Assembly: GCA_963920595.1 (NCBI GenBank) | Contig: OY986949.1 | Span: 4,340,001 to 4,404,000, forward strand | Source of the DNA: Eimeria praecox | Lineage: Eukaryota | DNA: 64,000 bases | Direction: 5' to 3' | Shown: positions 35,172 through 49,699 of the stretch, piece by piece | Layout: the number at the start of each line of letters is the position of its first letter | Numbering within the stretch: the first letter of the stretch is position 1 | Program-made: the position numbers and the translations under genes | The notes under the pieces: model-generated | What the model saw: the letters and a program-made list of their open reading frames with translations, nothing else | What the model was told of the DNA's origin: nothing | The model's database searches: none

Positions 35172-38100
35172 GGATTTGGATGATCTGGATATCTAGCGGT
35201 TAGAGAGTGTAAAAGGCCAACGAATTCGACTGGTCTGCAAGCATCAAAACTCTCCTTCTAACGGATTACACCTGCGACGCGTTACTTGGGGGCGGGATAC
35301 AGTTATCACATTCAGCAATTTATAACGAAAGGATGTGAATTCATCTGTTGATGAATTGGCGACCAAGCGGGTTGCCGGTGCCAAGGCCTGTTGATTGTCT
35401 GCCAGAGTTGAAGCGCCACCAGTACTCGTTCTCAATATACCTGTAACGTGCTGTCGCACGCTGAAATACAAGGACTATTCAAATGTTTGGTACGCCGCGA
35501 CACACGTTTACCTAACTACAAGTTGTACGGTGCAGACCGTATGGAATTCCTGGCTGCAGTTCACGCGGTTCGCAAATTTTGTTTTTTGGTGAATTGTGAA
35601 GGATGCACTGGTATGTAAGAGCTCTAAGCTGCAGCATCATGTTTACGCCCGACTCTCAAACTTGTAGTGCAGAAAATCAGTTAAGGAACAGTTGCACTTG
35701 CTGGGCTAACAACATATACCTTACAGTCTCGCGCTACTCGACCGGTGGATGATGCAAGGCTGCACTTCGTCCTGCTATTTGCGGATGTCCGGAGGGTGAA
35801 TTCGCTGATTGCTGCATGAACACACTGGTTGTCCTCCATGAAATGCCTGTCCAGTGCCTTGCATTTCGAAGAACCGTTGAAAAAACGAATCCTCCGCTAA
35901 CGTGTTGCAGCGCACGAAGGTAGGCAAATTTGTAAATTAATTTTCCAGGACCAGGCGGGCCTAAAAATATAGTAGACTCATACAGCTAGAAGCGCGTTTG
36001 CCTAGGGTTTGCTATGGTGCAATTTTTAAAGGGTTGAATGCGTTTACCGCCAGCGTACCATTGGGAACGCGCCACGCAACTCGTGCTTTCGAAAGCTAGG
36101 AAGAAAAGATGCGGTATATGCAGTTAGGGAGTGGCAACGCAACAAACGTTGCCCACCACGGTGAAATCCTAAAAGTGGCTTTCTAGCAAAAGGACTCAGA
36201 TAGTCTATGGGAGAAGTTGCGGGAGAACGTCGTCCATAGAAGTAGAAAACCGCTTCGATAGCATTTGGGTTTTTCGTGTGCAACACACTGAGGTTTTGAG
36301 TTCCTTCAATTGGGCATGTTTTCTTCTGAAGAGCTATTGCAGGACATATGCCGGCAGTAGCATGAGGAAGTAGTTACTGTATTAGCATTGACTGCGGGTT
36401 GCTAGATAAGGGGGTTGCCATCTGAAGCACTTGATACACGGAAGGGCCCTTTGGGAAGGCTTTGATAACGAAGGCTTATTTCACACTTTGCATCAGTTTG
36501 TTCTCGCCTCTATCCGCTTAACGACGTCAAACTAAATAGCCAACCCTATTCTCGCCCAAAATAAGAGTTGATGGTGTCACGCAAGGGTATAGGCAGAGAG
36601 CCCCAGTGCTGGCTTCCCAGAGCGGCTGAAACAAAATGGAAACTAGGCAGGCTGACAGGATGACCAATGGTAGCTAAGCCGTACGCTTGCCCATCCATCT
36701 TAGGGCCGCTGCATCTACCAAGGCAAGAAGAGCACCATCATCAGCCCCTTTCGGGGGGGGTCGGAGAGGTCCTTTGGTTTGGTGTCTCCGTAATACCCTA
36801 TTGATCACCAGAAATCCTCCATATACAGTCGGTAGCACACCTGAAAACGTTGGCAACCATAGCAGACTACTGGGAAACCAAACTCTCCCCTTCAATCTCA
36901 AAGCGTGCTAAAAGATGAATACCCTATCCGCGAAGCTCAAAAGCGGCCTAGACAAAGTAGCCTCTCAGAGATCCTCTGGAAACCGCAATTTCCTCAACAG
37001 GCAGCTGCTGTTTCGACGCGAACATTACAGAGCACGAAGGTAGGGAAAACGATGGCACACACAAGGCATAAAGAGCAGCGTTTGGTCCGCATTTTCAAAA
37101 ATAACACCGGTTTCATTTGTTTCGCTGGTGGTCTCTGGCAAGCAACCAGTCAGTATGCTTTCGGCGTTTCACGATATTACGCCGGACCCAATTTGTGGTC
37201 ACGAGCAAACAGTTAGCAACTATGAAAGGCCGCTAGAATAAATTGAAGGTGGACAACGCAGCCGTGGCCTGGTTAAGAACCAGAACTTTTGTTTCTCGTT
37301 ATTTCCTAATTGTGCCTTTATATTAAAAATATATATGCGGGGAGGATTTTGCCAGTCGAGGAAAGAAACGAATTATATCTGGTGGAGGCAAACGCTTTTC
37401 TTTCGGTTTTTTGCAGCTGGTGTGCTTGTTTTGGATAAAGTGCTAGGCAGTACCGTGCTTGTTCACCTTTGTGGTCGGGGATAGCTGCGCCGGCCTTCCT
37501 TACCGTATGAATTCTGCGTCGTAACCGTCAGGCTGCCTTTTGAGCTTCTTCATGTAAGCTGGAGGCTTACTGGGGGTTGTGGATGCTTTAAATGGGCAGA
37601 AAGACGGTTCTAGTCACGGTTTACAAAAAGCGCTTTTTTGCGCTATCAGCAAGCCAGGAAGGAGGCTTAGAGACTGCGAAATGGGTACTCTCAAAACAGC
37701 TTTTAGTAAGATGTGTCTCACTACTAGCCTGCAGCAGGCGTTTTGCTACCTTGCACCAAATTGAAGATATGTATGTTTGAGCTTCGTTTCGCGGATCCCT
37801 TTTGGGCGCCCATCAGATTTGTAACCGCCTCACCTCTAAAATTGGGTAGTAGGGTTCCCATGCTTTCCGGAGTGTAATGCTTTGGGGCGACATTTTGATC
37901 ATGTCCTTAAGCGATAAGATACAATTGCTGTCTGTTCGCAAAAACGAAACGCTACACCGTATTCTTTCTACGGTTAAAAGCGCAAACAAGGAAGAATGCC
38001 GATGAAAATACGCTTCCACGTTTGCCCCAGCGCTGAGCTGCCAAACCCGTAGCAGGCCATTAGGCAAGCCAAGGAGCCAAGGGCGCATCTGTTGTAGGGT

Positions 38101-41100
38101 AGTATCCAGTGCTTGTTTGGACTACTAATCACGGCCATATCTTGGCTTTATGGGTTACAAGCTATCCCGTATGCAACAATCCGAAGCAGTATGTTCTACA
38201 AAGCTGCCGCATGAGTCTGCTGGTGACTTTCTGCTGCATCGTTTGCTACCAAGGAACAGTAGACGGCCCATCTGCAAAATACCCTGAAGGGGGATTACTA
38301 CATTGCAGAGGCAAATTTTCTCTGGGACAAGCAACCTTATTCATGACTGCTTAGCTTCTATAATTTATTGTGTCGTATATGTTCTTCAATATGGGGGAAT
38401 GGAGGCTTCCCACCCATTGCCTAACTAAAAGCACATTGAGTACATCAATTCTACAGTTTTGAGGCAATTTCTGCCAACGTCACACAGAAGCAAAGCAGCT
38501 GGCCATACGCCCAAATGTATTCTTATAATATCTGTAGTTCTACAGCGAGAAATATTCGCAAACACTAGTACTTCTCTCACAGAGCGAGACTTGCCTTTGC
38601 CGGAGGCAGTCAAGGATGGCTCCCCTCTGCAAATAATAACACCCACGGCTGTCAGGGGTACTGCATTTGAATAAAGATCTGTTTGTAGCGCAAACTTATC
38701 AGCAACCGTGCAACATAATTATCTTGGACTTGGCATAAATGTTTTTTCGACTGCTGCCACACAAAAATTTATTGGTAAATGCTTTGAAATGAGCCAAGGG
38801 CTTCTAGCTTTCTCCACCGCGAAGTTGGATGCTCTGTTGCGGGTTGCGCTAGCATAACACACCGGTGTTAAACAACTCTCAGACAGTCGGATAAAGAACA
38901 TTACTGGTAGCTGTATATGTGTTGCCAATCACAGGACCCATTGCGGCAAATATGATTTTGACTGTTTATGGATTTGGGGGATCTAGATATCTAGCGATTT
39001 GAGAGTGTAAAAGGCCTAGAAATTCAACTTGCGTGCAATCATCATTATCCTGCTAACGCGTTATACCTGCGATGCGCTAATTGGGGGCGGGAGATAGTTA
39101 TCAAATTCAGCAATTTAAAGCGAAAGGATGCTAATATATCTGTTGATGAATTGGCAACCGAGCGGGTTGCCGGTGCCAAGACCTCCTGGTTGTCTGCTAG
39201 AGTTGAAGCGCGTATAGGTTCACAATATACCTGTAACGCGCAGTCGCACGTTGAAATACAAGGACAATTCAAATGTTTGGTACGCTGCGACACACGTTTA
39301 CCTAACTACAAGTTGTACGGTGCAGACCGTATGGAAGTCCTGGCTGCAGTTCACTCGGTTCGCAAATTTTGTTTTTTGGTGAATTGTGAAGGATGCACTG
39401 GTATGTAAGAGCTCTAAGCTGCAGCATCATGTTTACGCCCGACTCTCAAACTTGTAGTGCAGAAAATCAGTTAAGGAACAGTTGCACTTGCTGGGCTCAT
39501 AACATATACCTTACAGTCTCACGCTACTCGACCGGTGGATGATGCAAGGCCGCACTTCGTCCTGCCATTTCCGGATGTGCGGAGGGTGAATTCGCTGATT
39601 GCCGCATGAACACACTGGTTGTCCTCCATGAAATGCCTGTCCAGTGCCTTGCATTTCGAAGAACCGTTGAAAAAATGATTCCTCCGCTAACGTGTTGCAG
39701 GGCACGAAGGAAGGCAAATTTGTAAATTAATTTTCCAGGACCAGGCGGGCCTAAAAATATCGTAGACTCATACAGCTAGAAGCGCGTTTGCCTAGGGTTT
39801 GCTATGGTGCAATTTTTAAAGGGTTGAATGCGTTTACCGCCAGCGTACCATTGGGAACGCGCCACGCAACTCGTGCTTTCGAAAGCTAGGAAGAAAAGAT
39901 GCGGTATATGCAGTTAGGGAGTGGCAACGCAACAAACGTTGCCCACCACGGTGAAATCCTAAAAGTGGCTTTCTAGCAAAAGGACTCAGATAGTCTATGG
40001 GAGAAGTTGCGGGAGAACGTCGTCCATAGAAGTAGAAAACCGCTTCGATAGCATTTGGGTTTTTCGTGTGCAACACACTGAGGTTTTGAGTTTCTTCAAT
40101 TGGGCATGTTTTCTTCTGAAGAGCTATTGCAGGACATATGCCGGCAGTAGCATGAGGAAGTAGTTACTGTATTAGCATTGACTGCGGGTTGCTAGATAAG
40201 GGGGTTGCCATCTGAAGGATTTAATACACGAAAGGGCCATTTGAGACGGCTTTGATAACGAAGGCTTAGTTCACACTTTGCATCAGTTTGTTCTCGCCGC
40301 TATCCGCTTAACGACGTCAAACTATATGGCGAACCCTATTCCCGCCCAAAAGAAGGGTTGATGGTGTCACGCAAGGGTATAGGCAGAGAGCCCCAGTGCT
40401 GGCTTCCCAGAGCGGCTGAAACAAAATGGAAACTAGGCAGGCTGACAGGATGACCAATGGTAGCTAAGCCGTACGCTTGCCCATCCATCTTAGGGCCGCT
40501 GCATCTACAAAGGCAAGAAGAGCACCATCATCAGCCCCTCTCAGGGGGGCTCGGAGAGGTCCTTTGGTTTGGTGTCTCCGTAATACCCTATTGATCACCA
40601 GAAATCCTCCATATACAGTCGGTAGCACACCTGAAAACGTTGGCAACCATAGCAGACTACTGGGAAACCAAACTCTCCCCTTCAATCTCAAAGCGTGCTA
40701 AAAGATGAATACCCTATCCGCGAAGCTCAAAAGCGGCCTAGACAAAGTAGCCTCTCAGAGATCCTCTGGAAACCGCAATTTCCTCAACAGGCAGCTGCTG
40801 TTTCGACGCGAACATTACAGAGCACGAAGGTAGGGAAAACGATGGCACACACAAGGCATAAAGAGCAGCGTTTGGTCCGCATTTTCAAAAATAACACCGG
40901 TTTCATTTGTTTCGCTGGTGGTCTCTGGCAAGCAACCAGTCAGTATGCTTTCGGCGTTTCACGATATTACGCCGGACCCAATTTGTGGTCACGAGCAAAC
41001 AGTTAGCAACTATGAAAGGCCGCTAGAATAAATTGAAGGTGGACAACGCAGCCGTGGCCTGGTTAAGAACCAGAACTTTTGTTTCTCGTTATTTCCTAAT

Positions 41101-44100
41101 TGTGCCTTTATATTAAAAATATATATGCGGGGAGGATTTTGCCAGTCGAGGAAAGAAACGAATTATATCTGGTGGAGGCAAACGCTTTTCTTTCGGTTTT
41201 TTGCAGCTGGTGTGCTTGTTTTGGATAAAGTGCTAGGCAGTACCGTGCTTGTTCACCTTTGTGGTCGGGGATAGCTGCGCCGGCCTTCCTTACCGTATGA
41301 ATTCTGCGTCGTAACCGTCAGGCTGCCTTTTGAGCTTCTTCATGTAAGCTGGAGGCTTACTGGGGGTTGTGGATGCTTTAAATGGGCAGAAAGACGGTTC
41401 TAGTCACGGTTTACAAAAAGCGCTTTTTTGCGCTATCAGCAAGCCAGGAAGGAGGCTTAGAGACTGCGAAATGGGTACTCTCAAAACAGCTTTTAGTAAG
41501 ATGTGTCTCACTACTAGCCTGCAGCAGGCGTTTTGCTACCTTGCACCAAATTGAAGATATGTATGTTTGAGCTTCGTTTCGCGGATCCCTTTTGGGCGCC
41601 CATCAGATTTGTAACCGCCTCACCTCTAAAATTGGGTAGTAGGGTTCCCATGCTTTCCGGAGTGTAATGCTTTGGGGCGACATTTTGATCATGTCCTTAA
41701 GCGATAAGATACAATTGCTGTCTGTTCGCAAAAACGAAACGCTACACCGTATTCTTTCTACGGTTAAAAGCGCAAACAAGGAAGAATGCCGATGAAAATA
41801 CGCTTCCACGTTTGCCCCAGCGCTGAGCTGCCAAACCCGTAGCAGGCCATTAGGCAAGCCAAGGAGCCAAGGGCGCATCTGTTGTAGGGTAGTATCCAGT
41901 GCTTGTTTGGACTACTAATCACGGCCATATCTTGGCTTTATGGGTTACAAGCTATCCCGTATGCAACAATCCGAAGCAGTATGTTCTACAAAGCTGCCGC
42001 ATGAGTCTGCTGGTGACTTTCTGCTGCATCGTTTGCTACCAAGGAACAGTAGACGGCCCATCTGCAAAATACCCTGAAGGGGGATTACTACATTGCAGAG
42101 GCAAATTTTCTCTGGGACAAGCAACCTTATTCATGACTGCTTAGCTTCTATAATTTATTGTGTCGTATATGTTCTTCAATATGGGGGAATGGAGGCTTCC
42201 CACCCATTGCCTAACTAAAAGCACATTGAGTACATCAATTCTACAGTTTTGAGGCAATTTCTGCCAACGTCACACAGAAGCAAAGCAGCTGGCCATACGC
42301 CCAAATGTATTCTTATAATATCTGTAGTTCTACAGCGAGAAATATTCGCAAACACTAGTACTTCTCTCACAGAGCGAGACTTGCCTTTGCCGGAGGCAGT
42401 CAAGGATGGCTCCCCTCTGCAAATAATAACACCCACGGCTGTCAGGGGTACTGCATTTGAATAAAGATCTGTTTGTAGCGCAAACTTATCAGCAACCGTG
42501 CAACATAATTATCTTGGACTTGGCATAAATGTTTTTTCGACTGCTGCCACACAAAAATTTATTGGTAAATGCTTTGAAATGAGCCAAGGGCTTCTAGCTT
42601 TCTCCACCGCGAAGTTGGATGCTCTGTTGCGGGTTGCGCTAGCATAACACACCGGTGTTAAACAACTCTCAGACAGTCGGATAAAGAACATTACTGGTAG
42701 CTGTATATGTGTTGCCAATCACAGGACCCATTGCGGCAAATATGATTTTGACTGTTTATGGATTTGGGGGATCTAGATATCTAGCGATTTGAGAGTGTAA
42801 AAGGCCTAGAAATTCAACTTGCGTGCAATCATCATTATCCTGCTAACGCGTTATACCTGCGATGCGCTAATTGGGGGCGGGAGATAGTTATCAAATTCAG
42901 CAATTTAAAGCGAAAGGATGCTAATATATCTGTTGATGAATTGGCAACCGAGCGGGTTGCCGGTGCCAAGACCTCCTGGTTGTCTGCTAGAGTTGAAGCG
43001 CGTATAGGTTCACAATATACCTGTAACGCGCAGTCGCACGTTGAAATACAAGGACAATTCAAATGTTTGGTACGCTGCGACACACGTTTACCTAACTACA
43101 AGTTGTACGGTGCAGACCGTATGGAAGTCCTGGCTGCAGTTCACTCGGTTCGCAAATTTTGTTTTTTGGTGAATTGTGAAGGATGCACTGGTATGTAAGA
43201 GCTCTAAGCTGCAGCATCATGTTTACGCCCGACTCTCAAACTTGTAGTGCAGAAAATCAGTTAAGGAACAGTTGCACTTGCTGGGCTCATAACATATACC
43301 TTACAGTCTCACGCTACTCGACCGGTGGATGATGCAAGGCCGCACTTCGTCCTGCCATTTCCGGATGTGCGGAGGGTGAATTCGCTGATTGCCGCATGAA
43401 CACACTGGTTGTCCTCCATGAAATGCCTGTCCAGTGCCTTGCATTTCGAAGAACCGTTGAAAAAATGATTCCTCCGCTAACGTGTTGCAGGGCACGAAGG
43501 AAGGCAAATTTGTAAATTAATTTTCCAGGACCAGGCGGGCCTAAAAATATCGTAGACTCATACAGCTAGAAGCGCGTTTGCCTAGGGTTTGCTATGGTGC
43601 AATTTTTAAAGGGTTGAATGCGTTTACCGCCAGCGTACCATTGGGAACGCGCCACGCAACTCGTGCTTTCGAAAGCTAGGAAGAAAAGATGCGGTATATG
43701 CAGTTAGGGAGTGGCAACGCAACAAACGTTGCCCACCACGGTGAAATCCTAAAAGTGGCTTTCTAGCAAAAGGACTCAGATAGTCTATGGGAGAAGTTGC
43801 GGGAGAACGTCGTCCATAGAAGTAGAAAACCGCTTCGATAGCATTTGGGTTTTTCGTGTGCAACACACTGAGGTTTTGAGTTCCTTCAATTGGGCATGTT
43901 TTCTTCTGAAGAGCTATTGCAGGACATATGCCGGCAGTAGCATGAGGAAGTAGTTACTGTATTAGCATTGACTGCGGGTTGCTAGATAAGGGGGTTGCCA
44001 TCTGAAGGATTTAATACACGAAAGGGCCATTTGAGACGGCTTTGATAACGAAGGCTTAGTTCACACTTTGCATCAGTTTGTTCTCGCCGCTATCCGCTTA

Positions 44101-46502
44101 ACGACGTCAAACTATATGGCGAACCCTATTCCCGCCCAAAAGAAGGGTTGATGGTGTCACGCAAGGGTATAGGCAGAGAGCCCCAGTGCTGGCTTCCCAG
44201 AGCGGCTGAAACAAAATGGAAACTAGGCAGGCTGACAGGCTGACCAGTGGTAGCTAAGCCGTACGCTTGCCCATCCATCTTAGGGCCGCTGCATCTACAA
44301 AGGCAAGAAGAGCACCATCATCAGCCCCTCTCAGGGGGGCTCGGAGAGGTCCTTTGGTTTGGTGTCTCCGTAATACCCTATTGATCACCAGAAATCCTCC
44401 ATATACAGTCGGTAGCACACCTGAAAACGTTGGCAACCATAGCAGACTACTGGGAAACCAAACTCTCCCCTTCAATCTCAAAGCGTGCTAAAAGATGAAT
44501 ACCCTATCCGCGAAGCTCAAAAGCGGCCTAGACAAAGTAGCTTCTCAGAGATCCTCTGGAAACCGCAATTTCCTCAACAGGCAGCTGCTGTTTCGACGCG
44601 AACATTACAGAGCACGAAGGTAGGGAAAACGATGGCACACACAAGGCATAAAGAGCAGCGTTTGGTCCGCATTTTCAAAAATAACACCGGTTTCATTTGT
44701 TTCGCTGGTGGTCTCTGGCAAGCAACCAGTCAGTATGCTTTCGGCGTTTCACGAGATTACGCCGGACCCAATTTGTGGTCACGAGCAAACAGTTAGCAAC
44801 TATGAAAGGCCGCTAGAATAAATTGAAGGTGGACAACGCAGCCGTGGCCTGGTTAAGAACCAGAACTTTTGTTTCTCGTTATTTCCTAATTGTGCCTTTA
44901 TATTAAAAATATATATGCGGGGAGGATTTTGCCAGTCGAGGAAAGAAACGAATTATATCTGGTGGAGGCAAACGCTTTTCTTTCGGTTTTTTGCAGCTGG
45001 TGTGCTTGTTTTGGATAAAGTGCTAGGCAGTACCGTGCTTGTTCACCTTTGTGGTCGGGGATAGCTGCGCCGGCCTTCCTTACCGTATGAATTCTGCGTC
45101 GTAACCGTCAGGCTGCCTTTTGAGCTTCTTCATGTAAGCTGGAGGCTTACTGGGGGTTGTGGATGCTTTAAATGGGCAGAAAGACGGTTCTAGTCACGGT
45201 TTACAAAAAGCGCTTTTTTGCGCTATCAGCAAGCCAGGAAGGAGGCTTAGAGACTGCGAAATGGGTACTCTCCAAACAGCCTTTAGTAAGATATGTCTTA
45301 CTACTAGCCTGCAGCAGGCGTTTTGCTACCTTGCACCAAATTGAAGATATGTATGTTTGAGCTTCGTTTCGTGGATCCCTCTTGGGGACCCATCACATTT
45401 GTATTCGCCTCATCTGTAGAATTAGGTAGTAGGGTTCCCATGCTTTCCGGGGTTTAATGCTTTGGGGCGACATTTTGACCATGCCCTTAAGCGATAAGGT
45501 ACAATTGCTCTGTTCGCAAAAACCAAACGCTACACCGTATTCACTCTACATTAAAGAGCGCAATTAAGCAAAAATGCCGATTAAAGTACGCTTCCACGTT
45601 TGCCCCCGACCTGAGTTGTCAAACCCGTAGCGGACCATTAGGCAAACCAAGGCCGCATGTGCTGTAGGGTAGTATCCAGTGCTTGTTTGGACTACTAAGC
45701 ACGGCCATATCTTGGCTTTATGGGTTACAATCTATCGCGTATGCAACAATCCGAAGCAGTATGTTGTACAAAGCTGCCGCATGAGTCTGCTGGTGACTTT
45801 CTGCTGCATCGTTTGCTACCAAGGAACAGTAGACGGCCCATCTGCAAAATACCCTGAAGGGGGATTACTACATTGCAGAGGCAAATTTTCTCTGGGACAA
45901 GCAACCTTATTCATGACTGCTTAGCTTCTATAATTCATTGTGTCGTATATGTTCTTCAATATGGGGGAATGGAGGCTTCCCACCAATTGCCTAACTAAAA
46001 GCACATTGAGTACATCAATTCTACAGTTTTGAGGCAATTTCTGCCAACATCCCACAGAAGCGAAGCAGCTCGCCATACGCCCAAATGTATTCTTATAATA
46101 TCTGTAGTTCTACAGCGAGAAATATTCGCAAACACTAGTACTTATCTCACAGAGCGAGACTTGCCTTTGCCGGAGGCAGTCAAGGATGCCTCCTCTCTGC
46201 AAATAATAATACCTAGGGCTGTCAGCGGTACTGCATTTGAATAAATATCTGTTTGTAGTGCAAACTTATCAGCAACCGTGCAACATAATTATCTTGGACT
46301 TGGCATAAATGTTTTTTCGACTGCTGCCACACAAAAATTTATTGGTAAATGCTTTGAAATGAGCCAAGGGCTTCTAGCTTTCTCCACCGCGAAGTTGGAT
46401 GCTCTGTTGCGGGTTGCGCTAGCATAAACACCGGCGTTAAAAAACACTCAGACACTCGGATAGAAAATATTACTGGTAGTTGTAAATGTGTTGCCAATCA
46501 CA
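35172..46502. repeat. Tandem array of three ~3790-bp units (starts about 35172, 38970, 42760), containing decayed gypsy RNase H/integrase sequence on the minus strand
   Basis: Near-identical ORFs recur at +3790 (36044/39834/43624; 36905/40695/44485). Integrase echoes in the unit: STVPW*QT...LMRQLCRTYC, LPYN and GLLHSL. Confidence 0.97.
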
Positions 46503-46549
46503 CTATAGTGACCCTATGGATTCCACCCTACCCCCTATGGAACAATCCG

Positions 46550-48750
46550 AAGCGGCATGGCCGGCAAACCTATCAGATATGTGCACTCATGGGTTTCTCC
46601 TCGATCGCTTGTTACCGAGCAACACCAACTGTGTGGGATTAGAAGTTCTTGAGAGGCAACCTTTTTTTGAAACAAGCAACATTATTCATGGCCGGTTACT
46701 TCTTATAATTCATTCTGTCGTATATTTTCTCCTATATGAAGGAACGGGCGCTTCCTACGAATTGCCTAATTCAAAGCACACCATCTAAATGAATTCTAAG
46801 GATTTGAAGCAATTTTTCCCAACGCCCCTCAGAACCGAAGGAGCTGCGCATGCGACCAAATATATTTTGCCTACAAGAGCTGTAGCTCTTCAGCAAGAAA
46901 TTTTCGCATACACTACTACTCTCACACAGCGAGATTTCCTTTACCGGAGCATGTTAAGGATGGCTGCTCTCTGCAAATAATAACACCGAGAGCTGGCAGT
47001 GGTAGTGCATGGGAATAAAGACCTTTTTACAACGAAAACTTGTTGGTAACCGTGCAACATAATTATCGAGTTTGGCGCAAATATTTTTTCGACTGCTGCC
47101 CCAGAAAGATTTATTGCTATATGCCTTGAAATGAGCGAAGGGCTTTAACCTTTCTCCCCCGCGAAGGTGCAAAGCCTTTTGCCGGTTGCCCTCGCATAAG
47201 CACCGGTGCTACGCAACACCAAGACATTTGGATAGATAATATTACTGGAAGCTGCAAATGCGTTGCTCATCGTGGAATCTACTGGGGCCATTAGGATTTT
47301 AGAAAAGGAAAACCGTTTTCTCCTAGTACGGCAGATGAATGAACGCATGATTCTCTGCTTCTCCCCAGCAGGGCTCAGCAGTAAATGCTCATTTGCAACG
47401 GTGTTGCCAATATCTCTCCACCATGCCACCTTCATATTTACTGCATGACACGCCGCACGAAGTAAACGCTTGAACCAGCTATTGAGCCACTGTTTATTTC
47501 TGCTGTCGCGCATGCAATGCTAAAATATCCTGACCCCAAGACACCGATGACGGCCTAATGCTCTCTCCTGTTCCTGTTCCTTCTAGCCCAGACATCCCAA
47601 ACCACAAACTTGGGCCTAACCCTGTGCAGGTCGGCTGATCCAATGCGAATGCTCGTGCAAAGCTCTACTTTGAGGACGTTTAGCTCCTGCGCTCCTCCCT
47701 CTGTTCTCAAAGCGGCACCTGGACGGCTTAAGCGTCTTTACAGCACGAAGGCTCTTTCTTACTATCGCTACCCAAAATAGGGGATGATAGCCACTTTTCC
47801 GATGGATCGCTTTCCATTGCCCCGTCTGGCCGAATTCCATGCTAAATATCCTCAAGATGCATGTAGGCCTGGATGCAGGGATAGTAGGCCATTCCCTCAA
47901 AATCGTGGTTGGTGATGCCAGGCACCGTCCCCTGCGCTCGGTATTCTTTTGATGACGCTAACCGCCTCCTGAAACATATGCTGGCTACCGCGTTTTCAAG
48001 TATAGTGAAACCACCCCTGCCATTAACATCACCACCTCTTTGATGCAGCGTTTGAGCTCCGCAGCAACCTGGATCTTATATTCTCTTACCCCAATGTCTC
48101 CTGAGAGTCTGCGCCTCAAGCGCACAGGCGGCCTTTCCCTTGGAGTAAAGGCAGGATTATAGGTGGCTTGGCGTGTTGCATACCTTTTACTAGTGCAAAG
48201 AACGTTGTAAGCACATCTAGAGGGGGCAACATGCGAATCTTTACTAGCCGGCTAGTCCTGACCGTACGGCGTTAGAGCCCTGCGGTGGGTCCTAGTAGCT
48301 CCCGCAACACAGCGAAAATCACAAGAACGAGCAACCCTGCTTGAGAATTCATTTTTTTCCCACTTCAGCAGTGCAGCCCTGCTTCGTCCGAATGCGCAAG
48401 CTCCTTCCCATCCATATGTGTCTGCTCATTGGAATAGGCTTGTGCAATTTATCAGCTTCAAGGTGCAAACGCCCTTAAGGGTTCGTTAAACTACTGGGAA
48501 TACGGCAGCCTTGTCCAATAATGGTACACAAGGGTAGTGCACACGGGAAAAGCGAACGTTGCCTGACGGTATAGTGCGAATTGATCCCACGAAGCGAATA
48601 CAGCATTTGCCTGATGTGATTTCGGGATATCATGCAACGCTAGACAATCATTGTGGCATCGGGAACGGTTGCGGAAAATACCGGGAGGAATTTAACATGA
48701 GCCTTTTGAGGCAAATCTCGCAAAGTGTGGGGAAGCACGTAGCGTCCTAA
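46550..48750 (-). mobile_element. Degraded gypsy pol remnant (RT, RNase H, integrase)
   Basis: LRGINSHYTV and LDKAAVF (RT-like); VAIVRKSLRAV...RCRFE (RNase H-like); SFWG...LDNYVAR...RCK (zinc finger-like); VVVYAKIS (core-like). Confidence 0.5.
46673..47270. repeat. Older, diverged partial copy of the unit 3' end (matches about 45898-46495)
   Basis: caagcaacattattcatg...tataattcattctgtcgtatat at 46673 versus caagcaaccttattcatg...tataattcattgtgtcgtatat at 45898; collinear for about 600 bp with many substitutions. Confidence 0.85.
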
Positions 48751-49699
48751 TGCATCGCGCCTACACTGGAGGCCTTCCGGGAGGTCTGCGGGCCTCTTGG
48801 AAGGCCGGCGCCAGAGCTGTTTGAAAGCTAGGCTTCACCATTCAAATCACCAGTGAGCGCCTGCCTTTTCCAACACACAGGATCAGATTGAGAGCAACCA
48901 CCCAACTGCAGTGAATACCAGGATGTTCGCGCTCGACTCAGCCTTCATGCTTAAAGCATCCACAATGCAAAGGACAAACTGTTTGGGTGCCCCAAATCCG
49001 CCCCCCCCCCAATCAATGCCATCTGAGTTTTCATTTCTGTCTGAGATCTGCCTGCCTCTGCCGGTTTGTCGGCAAGCCTCTGCACCACCTCCCCATCTGT
49101 ATACAGCGCGGGAGAAATAATTTCATGATTCTGCGAGAAGAGCTGCTACTCGATAGTCCGACCTGTCTTCGTGCACCAGCTATCGCAGACGGGCTCAGGC
49201 ATTCTTCTTCCTGCCCTCGACCTCACGTAAGAGAAAGCAACTAAGCACAAATAGCGCATTCCTAATTTAGGGCGAATACCTGCTTATGCTGCCTACTGCC
49301 GCCTCAGCCAAGGCCCCCAGCTATATGCAGATGCACTGGGCTGACTGGTGAGGCCAACGAACTTCTCGCTAACCTGATTTTTCACAAACAAATTAACGGA
49401 CAGACTAGAGCCAAAATGCATTGCTGCCCCTGAGTGCTTTTTACCACGGAAGCCCGCAACTGAAGATGTTCGCCCTACATGTATGACGGACAGTTTTTCA
49501 AAAACTCTGTGGCATACTTGGTAGTTCGTATATTCCGCCGGTACTCTGCGATTGCGAGGTGCTCTATTTGACGGCTACAGTTTGGCAGTCCCGCCCCACT
49601 ACCAGCTAAATAACCACCCTAAACCGTTCGGACGTTGGCATTGGAAGTGATGGAGAAGTGTTGCTCTTGGGGTGCAGTCCGGAATTAAACGATACGTTC

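Noticed and set aside
35172..46502. Tandem surface-antigen (SAG) gene array
   Set aside because: I found no signal peptide, Cys pattern or GPI-tail exons; the recognisable content is decayed retroelement.
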